DNA of 64,000 nucleotides from Nitrospirota bacterium (GTDB lineage Bacteria; Nitrospirota; UBA9217): NCBI GenBank assembly GCA_963840455.1, contig CAWIYV010000009.1, positions 96,001 to 160,000 of the forward strand, read 5' to 3'. Shown piece by piece: positions 10,016 to 18,776 of this stretch (position 1 is its first letter; each line of letters starts with the position of its first letter). The notes under the pieces were generated by a model. It saw only the letters and a program-made list of their open reading frames with translations, ran no database searches and was not told where the DNA came from. The position numbers and the translations under genes were made by a program.

Positions 10016-11212
10016 ATGGTGATTTCTCCTGCATATCTCAGAAATTCCACGATCACAATATTTTTCATACTCGTCCTTCTCGTGGCCGGTCTTGGAGATG
10101 CAAGAGCTCAATCCTCTGCGCAGCCGGTAACAGATCCGGCCACGACGGACAGCTCGGTCGTGAGCGGGTCGACGAATACCCGAGAGAACCCGTCTTCAGA
10201 TGAAAGAGAACAAGGGGAAGGTAAGACCGGCCCGGTGCCGCGACATGAGGATGAAACCGTAAAGCGGGGAATATTCGGGCCGCAAATTGATCCCTGTGCG
10301 ACCATCAAGGTGGCCGGAGAGACATGGCTGGACCAGACGCATGACCTCGTGGACAGCGGGATCTGTCATCCGGCGGTATGGTTTGATGGCTTCTTCGGCT
10401 GGGACCATATGCTGGAAGAGGTCCGGCCCAACACTTTCGTGAAATGGAGAAATTCCGCGCGGTGGACCGAGGGGAACAATGCCAAATATGTCGGCGATCT
10501 CTATATCCGCTATGAACTGCCTAATGTGCACAGGCTCCTGAAAAGAGCGAGGTTAGTTCTCGAATCGCGGTCTGAAGAAGATAAGTTCAAAACTCAACCA
10601 GGCCAGCCCGTAAGTCCGGGATTCAATCCGGAAACGGGAAACAGGACCGGCTCCATCGCGGTGCAGACGGACCTGTTCAGCTATCTTTATTCCTTGGCCC
10701 GCTTTGATACGGGCATCAAGCTCCATTGGCCCCTTGATCCCTTTGCCCGGTTCCGGTACCAGTACACGAAGCCTTTCGGCGAGGTCTACCTCATACGCTT
10801 CCAACAGATCGCGCTCTTCAGATATATTGAACATTTCTCGGAAACGACACAAATCGACCTTGAACGGACGATCACCAAGTTTACGCTTATCCGTTGGAGC
10901 AATTACGCGACCTATACCGAAGGCACGGCCGGCATTACCTGGAATACCGGCGTCAGCCTCATCACGCAATTGACGCCCAAGAGCGCGATCTCCTATGATG
11001 CGAGCATGTGGGGAGTGAACCATCCCGAGTGGGCCGTTCAGAATTACCGGGCCGGAATATTATATCGAAGAAATTTTTATCGTCCCTGGCTTTTCTTTGA
11101 GTTGGCGCCTGAAATCACCTGGCCGAAAGATGCAAGCCAGGCAGGCTATACGAGCAAAAAGAATTCGGTCTATGCACTCATGGCCACCCTTGAAGTTCAA
11201 TTCGGGCATTAA
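10016..11212 (+). CDS. Hypothetical outer-membrane beta-barrel-like protein
   Basis: Signal peptide, low-complexity linker, amphipathic beta-strands, RRNFYRPWLFFELAPE and C-terminal LEVQFGH. Confidence 0.65.
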   Translation: MVISPAYLRNSTITIFFILVLLVAGLGDARAQSSAQPVTDPATTDSSVVSGSTNTRENPSSDEREQGEGKTGPVPRHEDETVKRGIFGPQIDPCATIKVAGETWLDQTHDLVDSGICHPAVWFDGFFGWDHMLEEVRPNTFVKWRNSARWTEGNNAKYVGDLYIRYELPNVHRLLKRARLVLESRSEEDKFKTQPGQPVSPGFNPETGNRTGSIAVQTDLFSYLYSLARFDTGIKLHWPLDPFARFRYQYTKPFGEVYLIRFQQIALFRYIEHFSETTQIDLERTITKFTLIRWSNYATYTEGTAGITWNTGVSLITQLTPKSAISYDASMWGVNHPEWAVQNYRAGILYRRNFYRPWLFFELAPEITWPKDASQAGYTSKKNSVYALMATLEVQFGH

Positions 11213-11459
11213 CCCCCATGAGCGATAGAGGGGCTTTGTTCACCTAAAACAATGTTCTCTGAGAACGTGATCATTACAAGCGACGAGGTTTCGCGTCTGC
11301 GGGCGGTCTTACCACCACGTCAAACTGCATGGGAGCGATAAAAGAAGGGACCACAAGCGATGCTGAGAAGAGGAAAAGATACAGAAGGGCGGTTTCCAAG
11401 AGCTCTTTTAAGGATTATCGTAAAATACGTGAGTGGATATTATATCGAAAGGAGAATGT

Positions 11460-11864
11460 ATGAAAACGACCGTGGGTATATGGATCGATCATAGGAAGGC
11501 TATTATCGTGGCTATTACGGACAAAGGGGAAGAGACAGGTCTGATAATTTCGAAGGCTGAAAAACAGCTCCGCCGATCCGGCGATTCTCCTCTTAAGGGT
11601 TCCTACGAGCCGCTGCAAGTACCGGAAAGTGACAGCCGCCAAAAAATGCTTACGGGACATCTCAATATTTACTACGACGCGGTAATCGCAAGCATTCGTG
11701 ATGCGGAATCTCTCCTGATATTTGGTCCTGGTGACGCAAAGGACGAGTTGAAAAAACGTCTTAAGCGCAACAAGCTCGGCGGACGAATCGTTGGTATGGA
11801 AACCGCTGACAAGATGACCGATCGTCAGATCGCGGCAAAAGTCCGGAAATACTTTCAGAAATAG
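11460..11864 (+). CDS. Conserved hypothetical protein (eRF1 domain 2 / host-attachment-like fold)
   Basis: VGIWIDHRKAIIV, LLIFGPGDAKDEL and ETADKMTDRQIAAKVRKYF; AAGGAG RBS. Confidence 0.75.
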   Translation: MKTTVGIWIDHRKAIIVAITDKGEETGLIISKAEKQLRRSGDSPLKGSYEPLQVPESDSRQKMLTGHLNIYYDAVIASIRDAESLLIFGPGDAKDELKKRLKRNKLGGRIVGMETADKMTDRQIAAKVRKYFQK

Positions 11865-11926
11865 CGTCGGCAAGATTGTAATGGGACCCCAAAAAGACAT
11901 AATACTGAGAAGGAGGAGGGAACAAA

Positions 11927-12157
11927 ATGAAAAAAAGTATACACGATGAGATTGCAAGGATCGCATACGAACTTTATGAAAAAGGAGGCAGAGTGCACGG
12001 GAATGAATTAAAGAATTGGTTCGAGGCGGAAAATATCGTGATGGAAAAGCATGAGCAACATGCAGGCGAACTGGAGAGGAAAGCTGATGCTTTCAAGAAG
12101 CCCCCAGCGGGGCATCGGCGTCATGTTAAAAAAGAAGGGTTTTACAAGAAAGGCTGA
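11927..12157 (+). CDS. DUF2934 domain protein
   Basis: EIARIAYELYEKGGRVHGNELKNWFEAE; strong RBS. Confidence 0.85.
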   Translation: MKKSIHDEIARIAYELYEKGGRVHGNELKNWFEAENIVMEKHEQHAGELERKADAFKKPPAGHRRHVKKEGFYKKG

Positions 12158-12183
12158 GGGCTCGCTCATGCGAAGACGCATCT

Positions 12184-12249
12184 GAAACAGTTGACAAGCG
12201 GACCGATCGTCAGATTGCGGCACAAGTACGGAAGTGCGTTCAGGATCAG
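12184..12249 (+). repeat. Degenerate direct repeat of 11799..11864
   Basis: Translates ETVDKRTDRQIAAQVRKCVQD versus ETADKMTDRQIAAKVRKYFQK. Confidence 0.8.
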
Positions 12250-12331
12250 CGGTCCGAAGCAGTAACCTGATCGCTCAGGTTCGTAAGCAATTGATCTGAA
12301 AATGGCCTAAAGAAATCATTAAGGAGGAGTC

Positions 12332-12784
12332 ATGATCAAGAAAATACTGGTACCCACTGACGGTTCCAAAACTGCACGGAAAGCACTGAAATACGCGGTA
12401 GATCTCGCAAAACAGGCAGGATCGTCCATTGTCGTGCTGAGTGTGATAGATAAAAGTCCTTTTTATGGCGCACAGACCATGCCCTCTGCATCAAGCCCGA
12501 CCCATCTGCTGGAAAATCTGGAAGATTACCTCAGACAGACTGCCGTAGCCTATGTTGCAGAGGCTGAAGAACTCTGCAGGTCGAAAGGAGTTAAGTCACG
12601 AAAGATGGTCAGGGCGGGACATCCGGTCGAAGAGATCATAAAGGCAGCAGAGGACTCGAAAGTCGACCTCATCGTAGTGGGCTCTCACGGAAAGAGTGCA
12701 TTCGGCGCTGCACTTCTGGGCAGTGTAGCAATCGGATTAATACACAGGGAGGCAAAATATCCTGTTCTCGTAGTGAGACGATAA
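12332..12784 (+). CDS. Universal stress protein (UspA family)
   Basis: KKILVPTDGS, GHPVEEI and DLIVVGSHGKS..LLGSVA..PVLVVR. Confidence 0.95.
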   Translation: MIKKILVPTDGSKTARKALKYAVDLAKQAGSSIVVLSVIDKSPFYGAQTMPSASSPTHLLENLEDYLRQTAVAYVAEAEELCRSKGVKSRKMVRAGHPVEEIIKAAEDSKVDLIVVGSHGKSAFGAALLGSVAIGLIHREAKYPVLVVRR

Positions 12785-12886
12785 AGCGAAATTCAGGGAC
12801 TTTAACCAACCGGGAGAGAGGGCTATGCTATGGCATATAAGCGTAGGAAGGGCATAGAGGAAGATAGAGGAAATTAACTCAGATGA

Positions 12887-13030
12887 ACCGGCAGCGGGCA
12901 GAACGGGGAGTTCAGGAAAGGCGTACGCTGGCCAATGCCGCGCTTTGAATCAGAGGACGATACTGTGCTCGATCGTCTTACCGACCTCGTTTGGACCATG
13001 AATGCAAACCTTGGCGAATTCCCCATGGAA
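12887..13030 (+). pseudogene. Remnant of a DUF1566 (Lcl C-terminal) protein
   Basis: TGSGQNGEFRKGVRWPMPRFESEDDTVLDRLTDLVW resembles GQDG..GV.WP.PRF..DGTV.D.LTGL.W; no start, similarity lost downstream. Confidence 0.55.
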
Positions 13031-13150
13031 AACTCGGGTGCCTTGGTGCCTGCGCTGGGTTATCTTCTGGCAGAGGGGCGCACGCTCCGTCACAACATCC
13101 CCTATTTGTGCTCATAACAGAGATAGGGTCAGAGAGAATCTCCCCATTCT

Positions 13151-13780
13151 ATGGAAATCCGATACCTTCTCAAGGGGCTGATCGTCGGTTTTGTGATTGC
13201 CGTACCGATTGGGCCCATCGGCATACTCTGCGCTCGGCGCACACTGACGCAGGGCCGAATGGCGGGTTTTGTGTCCGGTATGGGCGCGGCCACGGCTGAT
13301 GTGTTCTACGGTTTTATCGCTGCGTTCGGTCTTGCCTTCATATCGGACATGCTCCTCAGCTACCAATTCTGGCTCAGGCTGGCGGGCGGAGCGTTTCTGT
13401 GTTTTCTCGGCATCAGAACGTTCATTGAAAAACCGGAGATAAAAAGCTTATTTTCAATGCTCAGGAAGAAGAAGCGGCATGCCGGAATGTTTACCTCCAC
13501 TTTTTTCCTGACGCTAATGAATCCCATGACCATTTTTTCCTTAGCCGCGGTCTTTGCCGGGCTCGGGCTTGCCGGCACAAAGGGAGACATTCTTTCAGCG
13601 TTCATACTGGTCCTGGGCGTGTTTTTGGGCTCGGTTCTCTGGTGGCTGCTGCTATTCGGAGTGTTCAGTGTCTTCAAGAGACGATTCAATCGTCATGAAA
13701 TGCAGTGGATAAACAGGATCGCGGGCATGATCATCATGGGTTTCGGGTTGCTCGCGTTCGCCAGCCTGTTAGTTCCGTAG
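13151..13780 (+). CDS. LysE family translocator
   Basis: GFVIAVPIGPIGIL, FFLTLMNPMTI and GVFLGSVLWW. Confidence 0.9.
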   Translation: MEIRYLLKGLIVGFVIAVPIGPIGILCARRTLTQGRMAGFVSGMGAATADVFYGFIAAFGLAFISDMLLSYQFWLRLAGGAFLCFLGIRTFIEKPEIKSLFSMLRKKKRHAGMFTSTFFLTLMNPMTIFSLAAVFAGLGLAGTKGDILSAFILVLGVFLGSVLWWLLLFGVFSVFKRRFNRHEMQWINRIAGMIIMGFGLLAFASLLVP

Positions 13781-14138
13781 CCGATCATCTCTATTCTCAT
13801 CTCATAAATACCCGATCGATCTTATTGTCGGCCCAGCTCCGACGGAACATACTCACCTGGTCATATGCTGGAGAGGAAAGTCCGGATGCCATGAATGACA
13901 GTGACGGAAAATCTCCGGACCCAGGCGCGAGAACATTTCCCCAGCCTGCCGCAGGGAGCGTCAATGTTAACGAATGAGATTTTCACCAATTACCGGATAG
14001 CAGTGGGACGATTGCGCGGCAGGAGGGACGGAGACTCATGCAACGTAAGGAACAACGTCCTCAAATTGGCCAACCGGGTGCTCCTGGAGGTTCCTTGCAT
14101 TGGCAAAAGCTTCGTCCAAAAGTGTTCGGAGTTTGGTG

Positions 14139-15503
14139 TTATTCAAGATTATCAAACGTGGCCGGTACGATGTTTGAAAGCGCAGGGAATATATGCATGC
14201 ATCCGGTTATGGATTTAACATCGGTTTTGTTGATCATTGCATTGACAACTTCCTGAATGAGCATTGCAGCATGAGGGCCGATGATATGAAAACCGAGGAC
14301 CCTCCGGGAGCCCTTTTCGACAACGGCCTTTGCAAAACCTTTACGCTCCATCATTGCCTCTCCCATCACGGTATCGGAATATAAGGTACGACCCACGAGG
14401 ATCTCGTGATGTTGCCGGGCCTGCTGCTCTGTCAGGCCCACCGATGCTATCTGCGGATGTGTATAGACCGCATAGGGGACGGACTCAAAATCCATCCTGA
14501 TCTTTTTCCTATGTCTGGCATTATGCCATGCCAGTTCAGCCTCCTTGTCTCCGGCGTGAGTGAACATTTTTCTGCCGATGGCATCGCCCAGCGCCCAGAT
14601 ATGCTTTTTGTTCGTCCGGAGATACTGGTCAACTTCTATGAAATTGGCATTGTCCATCTCTATTCCGGCATGTTCCAGCTTCAGCAGGTCGGCGTTGGAT
14701 TTTCTGCCGGCGTTGATCATCAGCTTCGCTGCAGCGATCCTTTTTACTCTGCCGGTCCTGATGTCCTTTACCAGCGCGGTATACCCATTGCTGCCCTGTT
14801 TTACCTCCATCGTCTCGACACCCATATGCAGTTCGATGCGTTTCTCCAATTCCTGTGTTAATAGTTTGGAGATCTCCGGTTCAGCAAAAGGCAAAAGCGC
14901 CGGACCTCTATCAATGACCTTGACCTTCACACCAAGAGCCGAGAAGAAATGCGCATATTCAAGTGATATGAATCCGCCTCCGATCAAGATGATGCTGTCG
15001 GGCTTCCGTGCGAGTCCCAGGACGCTTTCATTGGTCAGGAACGGATACTTTTCAAGTCCCTTGATCCGGGGAATCAATGGTCGTGCCCCGGTGGCTATGA
15101 ACAGCTTCTTTCCTCTGATCTTTTGATCACCGGCTTCAAGGGTATGTTCGTCTATGAAATGGCACTCTTTGTTTATGAAATCGAGATTCTCAGACTCCTT
15201 GATCGCCTTTTGTATGGAGCTTCTGCCTCGGGTGACAACACTTCTCATCCGCTCCATGAGCGCTCTGAAGTTAATATCGATTTTTCCCGAACGGATGCCG
15301 AGCTTTGTATTTTCTTGTGCCTCGATCATTCTGTCAGCGGTATAGATAAGCGTTTTGGAGGGGACACAACCGCTGTTAACGCAGGTTCCGCCTGGATGTC
15401 CCTTATCGACAAGAGCAACGTTCAGGCCTCTTGCAACAGCTTTAAACGCAACCGCCAGGCCGACATCACCTGCTCCAACGACGATAATATCATATGTTTT
15501 CAT
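14139..15503 (-). CDS. Class-I pyridine nucleotide-disulfide oxidoreductase (dihydrolipoamide dehydrogenase / mycothione reductase-like)
   Basis: VVGAG FAD motif, GGTCVNSGCVPSK redox CxxxxC, IGGGFISLE, IWALGD and C-terminal HIFPALS. Confidence 0.9.
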   Translation of the reverse strand: MKTYDIIVVGAGDVGLAVAFKAVARGLNVALVDKGHPGGTCVNSGCVPSKTLIYTADRMIEAQENTKLGIRSGKIDINFRALMERMRSVVTRGRSSIQKAIKESENLDFINKECHFIDEHTLEAGDQKIRGKKLFIATGARPLIPRIKGLEKYPFLTNESVLGLARKPDSIILIGGGFISLEYAHFFSALGVKVKVIDRGPALLPFAEPEISKLLTQELEKRIELHMGVETMEVKQGSNGYTALVKDIRTGRVKRIAAAKLMINAGRKSNADLLKLEHAGIEMDNANFIEVDQYLRTNKKHIWALGDAIGRKMFTHAGDKEAELAWHNARHRKKIRMDFESVPYAVYTHPQIASVGLTEQQARQHHEILVGRTLYSDTVMGEAMMERKGFAKAVVEKGSRRVLGFHIIGPHAAMLIQEVVNAMINKTDVKSITGCMHIFPALSNIVPATFDNLE

Positions 15504-15536
15504 GACCACAACCCTTCACCGCAGAGGCAGGTGTCT

Positions 15537-16079
15537 TTATTCCGGTGCAAGATCAGCTTCCAGATCGATAAAAAGCTGGACGTCCCTGCCAACCATGATG
15601 CCGTTGTTTTCCATTGGCTGATTCCACATGATCCCATAGTCTTCACGGTTTATCATGGCCGATACGGTAAAGCCCATGCTTGATCCGTCGCCAAAGGGGT
15701 CTTTTACCGGTCCTGAAAATTCAACCGAGACAGTTACCTGACGTGTTATGCCATGTATGGTCAGGTCGCCGGTCACCTGTGCCTTGTTGCCGTTCACTGA
15801 ATGTATCTGCGTAGAGGTGAACGAGATGGCGGGATACCTGTCGATATCAAAAAAATCAGGGCTTTTCAGGTGGTCGTCACGTTTCTGGACCCCTGTAAAA
15901 ATGCTTGAGGCATCGATGGACAGTTCTATTGATGAGCTCGTAATGTTCAGAGGATCAAAATAAACAGTCCCTCTAATATTGCTGAACTGGCCCCGAACAT
16001 GCGCAATCATCATGTGGCGGACAGAAAATACTGCTCCTGAGTGATCAGGATCTATGATCCATTTGGCCATTTTACCCAT
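15537..16079 (-). CDS. YceI family protein (no signal peptide)
   Basis: WIIDPDHS..FSVRHMM, RDDHLKSPDFFD, GDLTIHGITR and INREDYGI. Confidence 0.93.
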   Translation of the reverse strand: MGKMAKWIIDPDHSGAVFSVRHMMIAHVRGQFSNIRGTVYFDPLNITSSSIELSIDASSIFTGVQKRDDHLKSPDFFDIDRYPAISFTSTQIHSVNGNKAQVTGDLTIHGITRQVTVSVEFSGPVKDPFGDGSSMGFTVSAMINREDYGIMWNQPMENNGIMVGRDVQLFIDLEADLAPE

Positions 16080-16094
16080 CCTTTTTCAATGGCA

Positions 16095-17141
16095 TCAAAT
16101 AGGCAGAAAACACTGCGGATCCTCGGCCAGGTAATTCGTTATGCCGTGAGAACGTGAAAATTCATACGCTATTGCCCTGCAGCCTCTGCATGCCGACCAT
16201 CTATTACAGGTGCCGCATTTACCATCATAACGAGACCTGTCTCTCAATGAGTTCAAGACCTCTGATGTTGACCATATCTCCCTCAGGGAATCTGTTCTGA
16301 CATTACCGATGGGAACAGGAAGTCTTCTGCAGGGAGTTACTGTTCCGTCGGGCAGGATCGTTAACCCCGAGACGCCTGCCGCGCATCCGCCGGTAGGAAA
16401 GGAGCTCGTATCATCTTCGCCCGCCGGCCTTCTGAACTGTGACGCGACGGGATCGCCCGTGACGATCTTCAGGCTGCCCGTATTCAGCGAAAATATTTTG
16501 CTGTACAGATCCTCCAGCACCTCTTTCGTCAGCATTCTGTCCAACAACGTTCTCCCGCTTCCCGACGGAACCAGCCTTGAAAAACCCAGCTTCTGCACGC
16601 CCATCGAAGAAGCGAGGGCTATAACGTCCAAAAAAAATGAAGCATTTATGTCGGAAAGCGTTGTATTCAAGGCCACTTCTATGCCAGCGTCAAGGAGGCA
16701 TTGTATCCCGGAAAGGGAACGCTTCAGGTTTCCTTTGCCCCGTATTGCGTCATGGATGCCTTCCGGGCCCTCAATGCTTACCTGGACCCCTTTCACTCCC
16801 AATTGGGCAAGTAGTTCGGCGGTATCCCTGCGAATGAGCGTTCCGTTGGAAAGCAGGTAAGCGTCAAATCTATTCTTGGTGAGTTCTTCCAGTATCTGAA
16901 AAATATCCTGTCTCAGGAGTGGTTCACCGCCGGTGATGTTGAAACTGGAAGAAAAAGTAACATCATAGGCCGCTGACCATTCCCCGAGCATATCAGCAAC
17001 TTCACGGATGACACTTCGGATCCCGGTTAAAGACTGCTCATCCGAGCTATTTCCGGATTGATAGCAGTGCGTACATCTGAGGTTGCATCTTTCCGTAAGA
17101 TGCAACTGAATGAAAAATTCCAGGGGATTGTTTATTGACAT
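16095..17141 (-). CDS. Radical SAM/SPASM domain protein, putative peptide maturase
   Basis: CNLRCTHC motif and TGGEP; full SPASM CAAG..PDGTVTPC..IGNV..KCGTCNRWSACRGCRAIAY..EDPQC. Confidence 0.93.
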   Translation of the reverse strand: MSINNPLEFFIQLHLTERCNLRCTHCYQSGNSSDEQSLTGIRSVIREVADMLGEWSAAYDVTFSSSFNITGGEPLLRQDIFQILEELTKNRFDAYLLSNGTLIRRDTAELLAQLGVKGVQVSIEGPEGIHDAIRGKGNLKRSLSGIQCLLDAGIEVALNTTLSDINASFFLDVIALASSMGVQKLGFSRLVPSGSGRTLLDRMLTKEVLEDLYSKIFSLNTGSLKIVTGDPVASQFRRPAGEDDTSSFPTGGCAAGVSGLTILPDGTVTPCRRLPVPIGNVRTDSLREIWSTSEVLNSLRDRSRYDGKCGTCNRWSACRGCRAIAYEFSRSHGITNYLAEDPQCFLPI

Positions 17142-17207
17142 TCGGCTTTCTCTGATCTGATTTCAGGATTAACCACGTACCTTATTGCCCCGCAGTATAG
17201 AAAGAAC

Positions 17208-17262
17208 AGGCAGATATGATGATCATACCGATATCACCGGTAGGTGTCATGCATATCTGCCT
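17208..17262 (-). terminator. Long stem-loop between peptide and radical SAM genes (attenuator or mRNA stabiliser)
   Basis: aggcagatatg...catatctgcct 11-bp perfect outer stem, inner taccg/cggta stem, followed on the minus strand by gttctttct. Confidence 0.6.
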
Positions 17263-17267
17263 TTTTC

Positions 17268-17284
17268 GCTGCCGAACCGGCAAC
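17268..17284 (-). promoter_or_regulatory. Candidate bacterial SECIS hairpin
   Basis: mRNA GUUGCCG-GUU-CGGCAGC; G-initiated loop 25 nt and 16 nt after the two UGA codons. Confidence 0.6.
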
Positions 17285-17407
17285 TTAGCTCTTTCAGCCC
17301 TTTCACTTGTGACATGTCATCCCAGGATGATCTTTTGCAGACTTTTTGAGATTATCCCAGAAAGCAGCCTCTTTCGCGAGGGCTTTTGCCGACAATGTCT
17401 TCTTCAT
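17285..17407 (-). CDS. Putative selenocysteine-containing RiPP precursor peptide, 40 aa (not in ORF track)
   Basis: AAGGAGGTGA RBS; MKKTLSAKALAKEAAFWDNLKKSAKDHPGMTCHK(TGA)KG(TGA)KS-TAA; TGA codons at 17305-17303 and 17296-17294; directly upstream of the rSAM/SPASM gene. Confidence 0.78.
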
Positions 17408-17466
17408 CCTTTTTCACCTCCTTTCCGTCCCTAAGATCGCCCATACAGATAGATGGTATCTATATT

Positions 17467-17475
17467 ATTATAGCA
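17467..17475 (-). promoter_or_regulatory. Extended -10 promoter for the peptide gene
   Basis: Minus strand TGcTATAAT about 60 nt upstream of the peptide ATG. Confidence 0.6.
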
Positions 17476-17537
17476 TGGCTGTTTTTTGCCGTTTATCAAA
17501 TGCCTGGATGTGCCGGCCATCTTGACGCAACCGTGCA

Positions 17538-18722
17538 TTATTCTGCATTTGGATCAGGGAAATATCTCAGGGAATAGAGGATCTGCAGGATACTGAGACC
17601 GGTCAGGATCCCCAGGACCGCGATCCCGGATAGGGTGAACGCGAGGAACCCTGTCGCCATGGTAAGCACAGCCAGCCCATACTGCGGCAGAACAAAGCGT
17701 AGCGCCGCATCAGGCGGTTTGCCAGGGTATGAGGAGAGGAAGATCGTATTCAGCGAGAACATGCTGACTCCTGCAGAGGCGCTGAGAATGAAGGCCTCCT
17801 GGGCAGGCATCATCGCGGAAGGCGCCAGCACGATCACCCGCTTGACCCCGACAGCAAGGGAAGCGATGCCCATGGTCAGCGGCAAGTGTGAATAAAGCCA
17901 TTGCTGATATGCCCTCACGTGATTCTTTGAGGTCAACTGTCTCGTTCCCGCCCCCCTGACTCCTTCAAAGTATCCCCACCAAAGGGTAAAAGCGATGACC
18001 AGTCCCATGACGCCTGCAGAACCTGCCGCGAACGTCAGTTGGCCCGCCCCGACCCCCAGGACAACGCTGACCACGGCCTCCCCGATGACGATGATGGTTA
18101 AGAGGCCGAAACGCTCGGGGAGGTGCATGAGATGGGGAGGGAACTTGGCATGGAGCTGTCCGGCGGTGAGAGGGGCAAGAAAATCGATGATGATCGCAAC
18201 GTACCAGATAATGAAGCGGTGCGGCATCGGTATAAACGTTGAGACGACCCATAATGCAGCCGCACTCCCGAAGCCCAGCATATAACGGTTTACGATTGGA
18301 CGAACATGCGGTATGTGCCGTCCGGCACGAAAGTATTCGGCTACCAGCATGAAGCGGACCGCTGCATACGACAGGGCGAAACCAATGGAACCATTTCCCA
18401 GGGCATTGGGCACATGCACGATGAGTGACGCCACCGCCACGATCTGTGCCATCGTGAGAAGCCTGTGACCAATATCATCAGAATCAAAACGGGTCAAGTA
18501 AAAGGTCTGGCCGACCCAGGCCCACCAGACAGGCACGAAGAGAACGGTGAAATGCAGCAGTCCTGTCAGTGAGTAGTCTCTATTGAGGTTTCCGGCCAGC
18601 TGGGATATAGCTGCAACAAAGACAAGGTCATACAAGAGCTCCAGCCATGTCGCATGCCGCTCCCGTTCCTCAGCGGCATCGGTCCTGAGCCTCGGCGGTT
18701 TGATCAGTCCTTTCTTGAGCAT
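17538..18722 (-). CDS. Low temperature requirement protein A (LtrA family)
   Basis: ATWLELLYDLVFV, HLPERFGLLTIIVIGE and WLYSHLPL. Confidence 0.9.
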   Translation of the reverse strand: MLKKGLIKPPRLRTDAAEERERHATWLELLYDLVFVAAISQLAGNLNRDYSLTGLLHFTVLFVPVWWAWVGQTFYLTRFDSDDIGHRLLTMAQIVAVASLIVHVPNALGNGSIGFALSYAAVRFMLVAEYFRAGRHIPHVRPIVNRYMLGFGSAAALWVVSTFIPMPHRFIIWYVAIIIDFLAPLTAGQLHAKFPPHLMHLPERFGLLTIIVIGEAVVSVVLGVGAGQLTFAAGSAGVMGLVIAFTLWWGYFEGVRGAGTRQLTSKNHVRAYQQWLYSHLPLTMGIASLAVGVKRVIVLAPSAMMPAQEAFILSASAGVSMFSLNTIFLSSYPGKPPDAALRFVLPQYGLAVLTMATGFLAFTLSGIAVLGILTGLSILQILYSLRYFPDPNAE

Positions 18723-18776
18723 GACCTTGGATATCTCCTGACTGTGTATAGAGTGTTTCGCCAGTTATTCCCATCG

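Noticed and set aside
14139-15503. Mercuric reductase MerA
   Set aside because: Lacks the C-terminal Cys-Cys pair and N-terminal metal-binding domain; no mer genes nearby.
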